From the NCBI GenBank assembly GCA_017475605.1, contig JAFVFD010000005.1, forward strand, positions 180,001 to 212,000: a stretch of DNA of 32,000 bases, in the 5' to 3' direction. Below are positions 23,897 to 32,000 of the stretch, piece by piece; position 1 is the first letter of the stretch; each line of letters begins with the position of its first letter. The DNA is from Alphaproteobacteria bacterium. GTDB lineage: Bacteria; Pseudomonadota; Alphaproteobacteria; Rs-D84. Both the position numbers and the translations under genes were made by a program. The notes under the pieces were generated by a model. That model was not told the DNA's origin, did no database searches, and saw nothing but the letters and a program-made list of their open reading frames with translations.

Positions 23897-25452
23897 AATC
23901 GAAAGATTCCATTGATAGATGCGGTACACGATACGCCAAAATCGTTATCGTAAATTGCACCCAACCGCACATCCACACCGGCGGAATCAACCAAAGACCA
24001 AACAGACATACCAACACCAATTCCCACAACCGCATCGGTCTGTACAAATGTGCGTAATGTGTAATCATAACGCAAACCGTCAAATTCATATTTATAGCCA
24101 GCTTCCGCCCCTGTACCAACAAACACATTCATATCATTGGAACTTGCTATTGCCATATATTCCGCCCCGGCCAAAACAAACGGCATGATTGTATATTCAT
24201 TCAAAATATTAAAATGGCGCGCATATTCACCCGCCACATGTAATGTCATACCATTTGGGTTATCAATAACACGTTCACCATCAAAGACAGGGCCAACATT
24301 GAATGAAGATATATCCGCACCAATGTATGCCCGCATAAAATCTTTATCCGACAAATCGTATTGTCCACGCGCACCGACCCCATACGATATACCACGATAA
24401 TCATTTATATCATCTGAATAATCAGTATTCAAAACATAACCCGATAATTCCATGTGTAATTTATCAAAAACATTAAAGCGAACATTTGGTTTTATACCAC
24501 TAATTAAGACATCATCTGAATAAATTATTAATGGCGATATTCCAAATACGGTAAAATCGTCTATGTACATGGTTTCCGCCATTTTATAACGATACAATAA
24601 ATTCATTGGCCTTAATAATTTTATCGGATTGGTACGAACACTTTTTGATAAAATATTATCTATTTCACCAATAGTTCTTGCCCTATCTAGTTTTGAAAAC
24701 AGTTTTGTATCATTTCCACCAGCACGTAAATCATTAAGGAAACGTCCCATATCATTATTCAATATACGCGCATAATCTGTTGACCGCGCAAGACGCATAT
24801 ACACATCATCGTCCATCACAAATGTTTGTAATATATGTAATCTGTCCAGCGATGGCGAATCTGCATAAACGGCACCTTCGCCATTAACATCTGAAAACAG
24901 CAAGAAATCACCACTTGGCACATCGTCAAATACCAGCATTGTATTGCCATGTAATGTTACATCTGATAGCACCACAAAGTCAGATGTGCGCCCAGCATTA
25001 AGTTCTACATTATTTAACTCAATCGTATTTGCATTATCCGCAATATTAATAACTGTATTAAAGGTTATATCATGGCCATTTTGTACGCGAACATCATACC
25101 CATCACTAAGTCCAATATCAGTGGCCGCCGCATCTGATGATATAACCTGAACCAACCTTGCGCCCGGATGCATGGTAACAGTCGCATCAAACACACCCGT
25201 ATTTTCCAATTCCAGCACACAGTTTTCACATATTTCAATACCGCCATGAATTGTGCCAAAATTAGTGATATTAAGACTGTCAGAAACGACGATATTATGC
25301 GCTTCGAAACTGATACCGCTTGGCACAATCAAATTGTCAACGATTATATAATTACCAAACGCAGTAATATTATTTGCTAGTTCTGTGGCGGCCGGCGCGC
25401 AATGCGTGTAAAGTATGGCAACGAACAATAAAACATATGCCAGGGTTCTCAT
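23893..25452 (-). CDS. Autotransporter-like outer membrane protein (type Va), 519 aa
   Basis: Signal peptide MRTLAYVLLFVAILYTHCAPA. An approximately 220-aa Asn/Val/Asp-rich passenger domain. The C-terminal region shows alternating-hydrophobic beta-strand patterning and ends in INGIFRF (terminal Phe). Confidence 0.7.
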   Translation of the reverse strand: MRTLAYVLLFVAILYTHCAPAATELANNITAFGNYIIVDNLIVPSGISFEAHNIVVSDSLNITNFGTIHGGIEICENCVLELENTGVFDATVTMHPGARLVQVISSDAAATDIGLSDGYDVRVQNGHDITFNTVINIADNANTIELNNVELNAGRTSDFVVLSDVTLHGNTMLVFDDVPSGDFLLFSDVNGEGAVYADSPSLDRLHILQTFVMDDDVYMRLARSTDYARILNNDMGRFLNDLRAGGNDTKLFSKLDRARTIGEIDNILSKSVRTNPIKLLRPMNLLYRYKMAETMYIDDFTVFGISPLIIYSDDVLISGIKPNVRFNVFDKLHMELSGYVLNTDYSDDINDYRGISYGVGARGQYDLSDKDFMRAYIGADISSFNVGPVFDGERVIDNPNGMTLHVAGEYARHFNILNEYTIMPFVLAGAEYMAIASSNDMNVFVGTGAEAGYKYEFDGLRYDYTLRTFVQTDAVVGIGVGMSVWSLVDSAGVDVRLGAIYDNDFGVSCTASINGIFRF

Positions 25453-25494
25453 ACCCGAACCTTAGCACAAAAGAATATTTTCCTAAAAGATAAA

Positions 25495-25528
25495 AAATCA
25501 AAGGGTGTCCTTTTCGACACCCTTTTTT
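25495..25528 (-). terminator. Intrinsic terminator after the SodC-like gene
   Basis: GGGTGTC-N6-GACACCC with T/A runs on both sides. On the minus strand the stem is followed by TTTGATTTTTTATC. Confidence 0.6.
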
Positions 25529-25546
25529 ACACAACAAACAACACTA

Positions 25547-26113
25547 TTATTGATTAAGTGTTCCCCATGCGGCCTTGTATCCGCCATCACGTGTTAAAAT
25601 CAATTTCGCATTATTCAATTGCGCCGCGGTTAAACCACGAATTATATAAGACTTTTGTAACCGCCCAGCAGATGCAATTTTCAACTGTGGTAAATCAATC
25701 GCCATTGGTGCGGTATCACAGCATGTACTGTCGTTACATGCACCACATTGGTATACATGCGCGGTGTATGTTTTACCTGGGCGCAAATCAATCAAATCTA
25801 CCATCATTTTAAGGCCAGAATCTGTTTCTTTGAATTTGATTGTTCCCATTGGCGATTCGCCACCGCGTGAACTGCGGGTGTACATATTTGCACGAACATT
25901 ATTTACATCGTCCCCTTCGTATGTTTGATAAAAGACGACCGTTTCTGTAACTTGGGGTGATTTCATTTTTGCGTGTTGGCAATTTTTATGGTTTTTAGCA
26001 TCACATTGAACATGTGCCTGATGACCATAGTTTTTATTTGGGCATGTACAGCCACCCATCAATACTGCGACACCAAATAACGATGCCACAACGAACAACG
26101 GTTTTGTTTTCAT
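25547..26113 (-). CDS. Cu,Zn-superoxide-dismutase-fold (SodC-like) lipoprotein with diverged metal ligands, 188 aa
   Basis: Lipobox LMGGC. MGTIKFKETDSGLKMMVDLIDLRPGKTYTAHVYQCGAC aligns to the SodC block IGSVTITETDKGLEFSPDLKALPPGEHGFHIHAKGSC. DLPQLKIASAGRL...AKLILTRDGG aligns to DLPALVV..DG...ALMVHVGGDN. The zinc loop is absent and most His ligands are replaced. Confidence 0.45.
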   Translation of the reverse strand: MKTKPLFVVASLFGVAVLMGGCTCPNKNYGHQAHVQCDAKNHKNCQHAKMKSPQVTETVVFYQTYEGDDVNNVRANMYTRSSRGGESPMGTIKFKETDSGLKMMVDLIDLRPGKTYTAHVYQCGACNDSTCCDTAPMAIDLPQLKIASAGRLQKSYIIRGLTAAQLNNAKLILTRDGGYKAAWGTLNQ

Positions 26114-26225
26114 TAATGTCTCCTTTTGGTTTTGTGGTTCGGTATATATTGTACATTATCTTTCACAATATATCGCCAGGTTTGAATCCCTAAACCCCAG
26201 GAAACAAAGCACATAGCGCGTTTTA

Positions 26226-26257
26226 CAAAAAAAAATACCGCCGGCGAACCGACGGTA
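26226..26257 (-). terminator. Intrinsic terminator after the 201-aa OMP gene
   Basis: TACCGTCGG-TTCG-CCGGCGGTA (one mismatch) followed by a T9 run on the minus strand. Confidence 0.6.
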
Positions 26258-26279
26258 CCATACACAAACAAAAGATTTA

Positions 26280-26885
26280 CTAGAACATAAATCTTACACC
26301 GACATCACCACCGAAATCGTGTAACCCGGAATTAACATCGACATAGTTGTAACGTGCCGCAACATCAACTGCAAACACCTTCCAATCGAAAGTCATACCA
26401 AGCGAACCCATTGCTGTAAAGCGGGTTTTGTCCTGGCTATAACTATCAATTGTGGCACCGTTGCGCGATACATCTGTGAATGCCAGACCGATACCAGCAC
26501 CAATGAATGGACGGATTATGTCATAATTGCCAAATTCCCAAAACGAATTCCACATCAAAGTTTGTAATTTGCTTTCAACTTTAACATCTTTGATGTCGCC
26601 AAAATCTTTCGTGTCTTTGGCCTTGCTGTAAAAAGAATATTCAATTTCAGAACGCACCTTGTCGCAAACTTCTAAACCCATGGCCACACGTCCCTGGAAG
26701 GTCAAATCTTGAATAGATTCTTTCTTGTCATTAAAAGAATAATTCAAGTTATTATATCCCATACCCCCATGCAAACCGATATATGGTTCCAGCCCCATAA
26801 TTGTAAAACTGGAATCAGAGTGTTGACCTGCGAATGCCGGACAAGCCAATAAAACTGCCAGCGCAGATATCGTTAATTTTTTCAT
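26280..26885 (-). CDS. Small outer-membrane beta-barrel protein (OmpA-beta/Opa-like porin family), 201 aa
   Basis: Signal peptide MKKLTISALAVLLACPAFA. Alternating aromatic/hydrophobic strands. C-terminal GVRFMF with terminal Phe. Confidence 0.75.
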   Translation of the reverse strand: MKKLTISALAVLLACPAFAGQHSDSSFTIMGLEPYIGLHGGMGYNNLNYSFNDKKESIQDLTFQGRVAMGLEVCDKVRSEIEYSFYSKAKDTKDFGDIKDVKVESKLQTLMWNSFWEFGNYDIIRPFIGAGIGLAFTDVSRNGATIDSYSQDKTRFTAMGSLGMTFDWKVFAVDVAARYNYVDVNSGLHDFGGDVGVRFMF

Positions 26886-27011
26886 TTTTTCTCCTTTTTG
26901 GTTTTTGTTTTCATGTCTATGCTTTTGATGTTATCAAACAAATAGCACATATTACATAGGTATGGATTCCAATGAAAATTACGCACAAAAATAAAGCGGT
27001 TATATTGTGTT

Positions 27012-27040
27012 TCAAAAATAAAAACCACCCTTTCGGGTGG
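27012..27040 (-). terminator. Intrinsic terminator after tRNA-Lys
   Basis: The minus strand reads CCACCC-GAAA-GGGTGG followed by TTTTTATTTTT. Confidence 0.75.
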
Positions 27041-27050
27041 TATGTTATTT

Positions 27051-27126
27051 TGGTGGACGCACAGGGACTCGAACCCTGGACCCACTGATTAAGAGTCAGT
27101 TGCTCTACCAACTGAGCTATGCATCC
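27051..27126 (-). tRNA. tRNA-Lys (anticodon CTT), 76 nt with encoded CCA
   Basis: Reverse complement: GGATGCATAGCTCAGTTGGTAGAGCAACTGACTCTTAATCAGTGGGTCCAGGGTTCGAGTCCCTGTGCGTCCACCA. It folds as a cloverleaf with anticodon loop CTCTTAA. Confidence 0.95.
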
Positions 27127-27136
27127 AGCGACGCCA

Positions 27137-27164
27137 ATTATACCCTGTTTTTAATTAAATGCAA
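27137..27164 (-). promoter_or_regulatory. Putative sigma70 promoter for tRNA-Lys
   Basis: The minus strand reads TTGCAT-N16-TATAAT. The -10 element ends 10 nt before the mature tRNA 5' end. Confidence 0.5.
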
Positions 27165-27175
27165 GTTTTTTACAA

Positions 27176-28777
27176 TTACTTCTTTAAATATTGAATCGGG
27201 TTGTATGCCTTGGTGCCACGACGAATTTCAAAATGTAATTGCGGCTGGTCAACTTTGCCCGTCTGGCCAACGGTACCTATTTTTTGGCCGACACTAACAC
27301 GTGCACCACGCCGCACCGCCAACGAATCCATGTGTGCATAAACCGTCATCCAACCATCACTATGCTGGATAATAATAAGATTTCCCATACCTTTAACCTC
27401 GTTTCCGGCATAGGCAACAGCCCCATTTTCCGCCGCCGAAACCGATGCCCCACGTTTAGCCGCAATATTAATACCATCGTTAAACAGCCCCTTGGACTTG
27501 GAACCATAGCCCGATAAAATCTTGCCACGAATTGGCCATGAAAAGCGCGACGATGAACGTGCCGCAATTGCCGGTAATTTCTTTACAGCATTACCCGTTG
27601 ATTGTTTAGCCGGTGTTTTTTGCTGTTGTGGTTTTGTTTGTTCTGTTTTTTTGTTTTGTTTTGGTGTGGACTTTGGCTGTTCATGGGCTGTATTTGCCTT
27701 GGCCTGTTTTGGTGTGGCGGGGGCTGACTTCTGGGCCGCTGGCGTTTTAGTCGCGGACGAAGATGCCTTGGCGGTTGTATTATCGGCGACGCGCACCTGT
27801 GCCTGCCCAAGATTCGGCACACGCACACTTTGCCCCGCATAAAGCGCAAACGGTGGGGTTAAATTATTCATAACGGCCAAATCGTTTACAGGTATTGAAT
27901 ATTTACGCGACAACGAATAAAGGGTATCCCCAGGGGTAACTTTAACCTCACTCAATTCAACGCGCGTTGTTGTGGCGCGGCCGGTTGTGATGGGCTTTGT
28001 ATCCTGCTTTGCCACTGGTTTGGTTTCGGGTTTATTTTCCACCTTGGGTGCTGGTTTTGGTGTTGGTTTTGTTTCCGGCATTTTTGGGATTTCTGTTACA
28101 ACCTGCTCGACAGATGCACGAACACGCAATTTTTGCCCAACGGATAAACTATAAGGTTCACTCAGGTTATTCAATTCCGCGATTTCTGCCACACGCATGC
28201 CATATTTTGCCCCAATCGCATAAAGGGTATCACCCCGCACAACAGTTATTTCTGTTTCATTGTGTCCGCCATACATGTATTTTGGAATATTTAAAACATC
28301 ATTCGTTTCGGCCCATGGCGCATCATCACCATCAGTTTCGGGTTCTGTTTTCCCGTCGGGCTTTTGTTCCGGGGATTCGTCCACCACACGATTACCCACG
28401 ACCAACACATCATCAACATTTGGTGTGTCCGGAACTTCGTCTTGCGCGGGTTCTGTATTTACATTCGATTCGGTAGTATCTGGTTCTGGTACCACATTGT
28501 CATCGGGCGGCACAATATAATCATCAACCGATGCATACAAAACATAATCGTCGGTTGTTACCCCGGTTCCATATAATTCGGGTGCCGCATACACACCATA
28601 ATCTGTTGCCGCCGAATTATAGATTTCTGGTTGCGTGTTCGGGTCCGCCAACAACGCAGGATAACGCGCGCTAATAAAATCGCCAACCGTATCGGGCAAC
28701 GCAGTAATCTTTGGCTGCAAATCACAGCCAACAATGTACGGCATCAAACAAAATAAAAACAAACCGATTTTTTTCAC
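27176..28777 (-). CDS. nlpD: NlpD-like lipoprotein: two LysM domains plus a degenerate LytM (M23) domain, 533 aa
   Basis: Lipobox IVGC. LysM repeats (VVRGDTLYAIGAKYGMRVAEIAELNNL..GQKLRV and VTPGDTLYSLSRKYSIPVNDLAVMNNL..GQSVRV). M23 core GNLIIIQHSDGWMTVYAHM. The HxxxD motif reads NDGIN and HxH reads QLH, so the zinc ligands are lost, as in amidase-activator NlpD/EnvC. Confidence 0.85.
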   Translation of the reverse strand: MKKIGLFLFCLMPYIVGCDLQPKITALPDTVGDFISARYPALLADPNTQPEIYNSAATDYGVYAAPELYGTGVTTDDYVLYASVDDYIVPPDDNVVPEPDTTESNVNTEPAQDEVPDTPNVDDVLVVGNRVVDESPEQKPDGKTEPETDGDDAPWAETNDVLNIPKYMYGGHNETEITVVRGDTLYAIGAKYGMRVAEIAELNNLSEPYSLSVGQKLRVRASVEQVVTEIPKMPETKPTPKPAPKVENKPETKPVAKQDTKPITTGRATTTRVELSEVKVTPGDTLYSLSRKYSIPVNDLAVMNNLTPPFALYAGQSVRVPNLGQAQVRVADNTTAKASSSATKTPAAQKSAPATPKQAKANTAHEQPKSTPKQNKKTEQTKPQQQKTPAKQSTGNAVKKLPAIAARSSSRFSWPIRGKILSGYGSKSKGLFNDGINIAAKRGASVSAAENGAVAYAGNEVKGMGNLIIIQHSDGWMTVYAHMDSLAVRRGARVSVGQKIGTVGQTGKVDQPQLHFEIRRGTKAYNPIQYLKK

Positions 28778-28828
28778 GCCACAATTATATCATAAATTGG
28801 GCAACAAATAAACAGTTATACGCCATTT

Positions 28829-29536
28829 TTAATCGCGACGCATAAACAAAATACTGATTTCGAACAATGCCCACATAGGTAATGCCAACAATATTTGTGA
28901 AACAACATCTGGCGGTGTCAAAATTGCCGCCATAATAACGATTGCCACAATGGCATAACGACGCATTTTTACCATCTGTGAACGCGCCAATATACCAAGC
29001 CTGTTTAACATTACCAACACCAATGGTAATTGAAACGCGATACCAAAAACACGCAAAAGCCCCGTTGCGAAAGATAAATAATCACGCGCCACCGGCAACA
29101 TCAAAGATGGTACCGGCGACGATTCGTTTAATTCTATAAAAAATCTGAACACAAATGGCAGCAACACATAAAACGCAAACGCCGCCCCAATTACAAACAG
29201 GATTGGCGATAAAACTAAAATTGGGAATATGAAACGTTGCTCGTTCCGTTTTAGTCCTGGCGCAACATATGCCCAAACATGCCATAATGCCACTGGTATT
29301 GTGATAACCAGCGCGACCACAAATGCCAACGACAATTGAATCATTAACCCATCGGCAAGTCCCGAATACAACAGTGCCCCATCCGGCCAAATATTAATAA
29401 GTGGCGCAGTTAAAAAATCTTGAACAAACGGTGCCACAACCCAGCCAAAAATCATCGCCCCAGCAAATATTAAAAATGTCCACAATATCCGACGGCGCAG
29501 TTCGGCGAAATGTTGCATTATTGTCATTTTTTTCAT
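28829..29536 (-). CDS. tatC: Twin-arginine translocase subunit TatC, 235 aa
   Basis: HFAELRRRILW N-terminal motif. Six-TM profile with PLINIWP and the LTPPDVVSQ motif. 4-nt overlap with tatB. Confidence 0.93.
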   Translation of the reverse strand: MKKMTIMQHFAELRRRILWTFLIFAGAMIFGWVVAPFVQDFLTAPLINIWPDGALLYSGLADGLMIQLSLAFVVALVITIPVALWHVWAYVAPGLKRNEQRFIFPILVLSPILFVIGAAFAFYVLLPFVFRFFIELNESSPVPSLMLPVARDYLSFATGLLRVFGIAFQLPLVLVMLNRLGILARSQMVKMRRYAIVAIVIMAAILTPPDVVSQILLALPMWALFEISILFMRRD

Positions 29537-29841
29537 TTTTTCCGCCCCGCCCCACGTTTTGTTTTTGTTGTCTTTGCTGTTTTTTTAATTGTTTTTTTCC
29601 TTACTGAAAAATCAGACAAAATATCGTCAGTTGTTGTTTTTATCAATTCATCAATTGGTTTTTCCAATTCTATTTGGGTTTTTATTTTTTCAGACGCATC
29701 CGTTACACGCCAAATTATATCACGCGCAACGCGTACCACACGCGCCAACACGCGCGCCACATCGGGCCACATACGACTTGGGATAACCAAAACGGCAACA
29801 AGAACAATTATTAAAAATTCGGGGCCGCTTATACCGAACAT
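29533..29841 (-). CDS. tatB: Twin-arginine translocase TatA/B-family protein, TatB-like, 102 aa
   Basis: MFGISGPEFLIIVLVAVLVIPSRMWPDVARVLARVV: an N-terminal TM helix plus an amphipathic helix, then a Lys-rich tail. No separate tatA is adjacent. Confidence 0.8.
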   Translation of the reverse strand: MFGISGPEFLIIVLVAVLVIPSRMWPDVARVLARVVRVARDIIWRVTDASEKIKTQIELEKPIDELIKTTTDDILSDFSVRKKTIKKTAKTTKTKRGAGRKK

Positions 29842-29850
29842 ATCAAACCT

Positions 29851-30465
29851 TTAATCATAGAAATCATCGCCATTATTGGTATTAACCGTTTTATGACGAG
29901 AAATCTGAAAATAGTTTTTACCAAAATTGGTTTTTGTTTTCATGTTATGAAACGCAACATCTGTTTTTGCGCCCGTCGCATCAACAACAGACCACGAATT
30001 TAATTTTACCGGGTTGTTATCAAACACGACCGTCATATTGCCCAACCCTTCCTGGCCACGCAAATTCATCTTTAATGAAAATGTTTTTTCATTTGAACTT
30101 GTATCAACAACATTTATATCGGCATTTCTTAAATCAATATTTTTGCGAATCAATATACCGGCCGGTGTACTGGTAAGGGGCACAGTTGTAATTTGATCCA
30201 ACGATTTATCAAAAAAATATAAATCTTTGCCATCCGCAATAAGTTGTACCGGCATTTCATTATAGTCAAGACGCACACGCCCCGGACGCAACATTGAAAA
30301 AGCTCCCTTGTCCGTACGCGCACCGGCCGTCTGGACAAAATCACCAGACAAGCCCGTTATACTATTTAAATATTTTTCCGCACGCGCGACCAATGCCGTA
30401 TCCACCGCCGCATACGATGAATTAAAAGCAAGCACCGACAAAACAAAAACTAATAATTTTTTCAT
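29851..30465 (-). CDS. lolA: Outer-membrane lipoprotein carrier LolA, 204 aa
   Basis: Signal peptide, then the LolA blocks LSGDFVQT, GAFSMLRPGRVRLDY, LIADGKDLYFFDKSLDQ and TPAGIL. Confidence 0.82.
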   Translation of the reverse strand: MKKLLVFVLSVLAFNSSYAAVDTALVARAEKYLNSITGLSGDFVQTAGARTDKGAFSMLRPGRVRLDYNEMPVQLIADGKDLYFFDKSLDQITTVPLTSTPAGILIRKNIDLRNADINVVDTSSNEKTFSLKMNLRGQEGLGNMTVVFDNNPVKLNSWSVVDATGAKTDVAFHNMKTKTNFGKNYFQISRHKTVNTNNGDDFYD

Positions 30466-30468
30466 TTC

Positions 30469-31422
30469 CTACATCCCCTTGAACGCATCTATTATTCTTT
30501 TGTGGACATTTTCCAATGTGTCCCCACGCACAACCGCCCCCGCGGCACGTTCGTGTCCACCACCACCAAACGCAGATGCGATTTTATCAATCGCGACACT
30601 GCGACTGCGAATAGAAATACCAATCTGGGTCTCTTTTTGTTCCTTTAACAAAACAACATATTCAACACCCTTAATCTGACCCAGGATATTAAGAATCATT
30701 TCCCCACGCCCATCCATATTGCGATAATCACGACGTGAAATAGTCGCAATTGCCAACCGATTGCGATAGAAAAATTCGGCCCCCGCGGCAGCGGCTGCTT
30801 CTACTAAAACAGCCTTGCGTGGTTTATTGTTCATCAATTCAACAAGATGATGAATATTTACCCCACCGTCAACTAAATCAGCCATAATTGACAATGACAT
30901 ACCATTATGCGCAAATTTAAAATTGCCGGTATCTGTTAAAATAGCAATTGCCAACAAATCACGTATATCGGCATCATCGCGCCATGCCAGGTTTCGCATA
31001 ATACGATATAAAATCACACCAGTTGCATCTGCCCCATCATCATCAATACATAAATCTGCAATCGGGTTATCATTTATATGATGGTCTATTTCGACAACAT
31101 ATTTTGCGTTTTGAACAAATGTTAACGGACCGCCAACCTGGTGTTCGGCACCATAATCAAGCAATATTGCCAAATCAAAAGATTTTTTTACATCAACCTT
31201 GTCCCAACAATGTGCATTATTGCGCAACGGTATGTTATCCAGATAATCTGGCACATTACCGTCATAAACACATACGCACCTGGTGCCATAATTTTTTTCA
31301 ATCAACTGTGCCATCGCCAGCACAGAGCACAACGCATCGCCATCAGGATTTTTGTGTGCCATAACAACAATGCTTTTTGCACTGCGTAATTTTTCATCAA
31401 AGATTTTTATATTCTTTTCCAT
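30469..31422 (-). CDS. nrnA: DHH/DHHA1 phosphoesterase, NrnA-like (oligoribonuclease / pAp phosphatase), 317 aa
   Basis: HKNPDGDALCS, EIDHHIND, TDTGNFKF and GGGHERAAG motifs. The start overlaps the recJ stop (TAATG). Confidence 0.8.
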   Translation of the reverse strand: MEKNIKIFDEKLRSAKSIVVMAHKNPDGDALCSVLAMAQLIEKNYGTRCVCVYDGNVPDYLDNIPLRNNAHCWDKVDVKKSFDLAILLDYGAEHQVGGPLTFVQNAKYVVEIDHHINDNPIADLCIDDDGADATGVILYRIMRNLAWRDDADIRDLLAIAILTDTGNFKFAHNGMSLSIMADLVDGGVNIHHLVELMNNKPRKAVLVEAAAAAGAEFFYRNRLAIATISRRDYRNMDGRGEMILNILGQIKGVEYVVLLKEQKETQIGISIRSRSVAIDKIASAFGGGGHERAAGAVVRGDTLENVHKRIIDAFKGM

Positions 31423-32000
31423 TATCCCAACGCGATATCTTCTATCATGAACTGGGGCGACACATGCCCGTTATATTCATTCTTCTTTAATTTACCCAAC
31501 AATGTTATTGTAGTGTTTGTATTCGCATCGTCCAGTAAAAAATTACCAACCGGCGTACCAACCAAATTAAACCCGACAAACGCCAAATTATTACCCTGCA
31601 TAGTCGAAACATTCCCACGAAGGTGTGAACCATTCCCCATAACCGTTGCATAGCGTAACCTTGCACCGTGCAAAACCAATGTTGGTTCTGGATTTCCCTG
31701 GCCGAACGGTTCCAAAACAGATAACTTTTCAATCAAATCCAGGGTTGCGCCGGCGGCATCTATTTCTGCATCAACCAAAGTTTCCCTTTCTGGTGCCTGA
31801 CCATTTAATTGTTCGCGAACGGCACTTTCCAAAAATTCACAGAACGCGTTTTCGTTTCCTTCTGGCAGCGAAAAACCGGCTGCCGCCGCATGCCCGCCAC
31901 CTTCGGACAATATACCGGCCGCCAGTGCCATATGTATAATATGCCCCAAATCAACCCCGGCAATTGAACGGCCCGAACCGTTAATCATACCATCTGATTT
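31422..32000 (-). CDS. recJ: Single-stranded-DNA-specific exonuclease RecJ, C-terminal part (5' end beyond the window)
   Basis: DHHA1 motif GGGHAAAAGFSL, then EPFGQGNPEP and a C-terminal OB-like region. The reading frame stays open to position 32000. Confidence 0.85.
   Translation of the reverse strand, partial: KSDGMINGSGRSIAGVDLGHIIHMALAAGILSEGGGHAAAAGFSLPEGNENAFCEFLESAVREQLNGQAPERETLVDAEIDAAGATLDLIEKLSVLEPFGQGNPEPTLVLHGARLRYATVMGNGSHLRGNVSTMQGNNLAFVGFNLVGTPVGNFLLDDANTNTTITLLGKLKKNEYNGHVSPQFMIEDIALG

Noticed and set aside
1-32000. Mobile elements, prophage, genomic island at the tRNA genes, defence systems, CRISPR.
   Set aside because: I found no integrase, transposase, recombinase, terminal inverted repeats or direct repeats flanking tRNA-Phe or tRNA-Lys. 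No nuclease/ATPase/RT-type defence genes were recognisable. The only phage-like gene is the isolated tail-fibre-like CDS.

Overview
Gene-dense, moderately AT-rich chromosomal segment with about 31 protein genes and 2 tRNAs, standard genetic code. I saw no rRNA, CRISPR array, transposase or integrase. It reads like core genome of a small alphaproteobacterium-like organism. Three things point that way: an alpha-type heat-shock promoter (CTTG-N17-CCTATAT) upstream of dnaJ, divergent ruvX/gatC, and a dnaA/dprA/plsY/rpsT neighbourhood. Lineage is an inference only. Housekeeping genes in order: dnaJ(-), parE(+), dnaA(-), dprA(-), plsY(-), rpsT(+), sufB-sufC-AI-2E permease(+), ruvX(-), gatC, gatA(+), tRNA-Phe(-), gatB, miaB(+), tRNA-Lys(-), nlpD-like, tatC, tatB, lolA, nrnA-like DHH phosphoesterase and the 3' part of recJ (all -). 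Between them sit many envelope or secreted genes with no recognisable family, and these carry most of the interest. (1) The most system-like locus is 10068-13937(-). It holds a self-contained bicistron (own promoter and terminator) encoding a secreted TcpQ-domain protein and a PilN/BfpB/TcpC-type lipoprotein secretin, with no pilin, ATPase or platform gene in the window. Next to it lies a separately transcribed, signal-peptide-bearing, phage-tail-fibre-like protein containing a 213-bp tandem duplication. (2) A 594-aa Cys-rich modular type-I membrane protein and a 284-aa Gly-zipper protein flank dnaA-dprA. (3) The gatCAB cluster is interrupted by a Cys-rich ORF, an antisense tRNA-Phe and two translationally coupled small basic ORFs that lead into miaB. 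(4) There is a SodC-fold lipoprotein with most metal ligands replaced. (5) Structured non-coding elements include a heptamer-array inverted repeat after parE, a 23-bp double palindrome in the long dnaA upstream region, and a predicted leaderless dprA. All calls come from reading the translations and DNA by eye. No searches were run, so family names for divergent proteins need HMM or structure confirmation.
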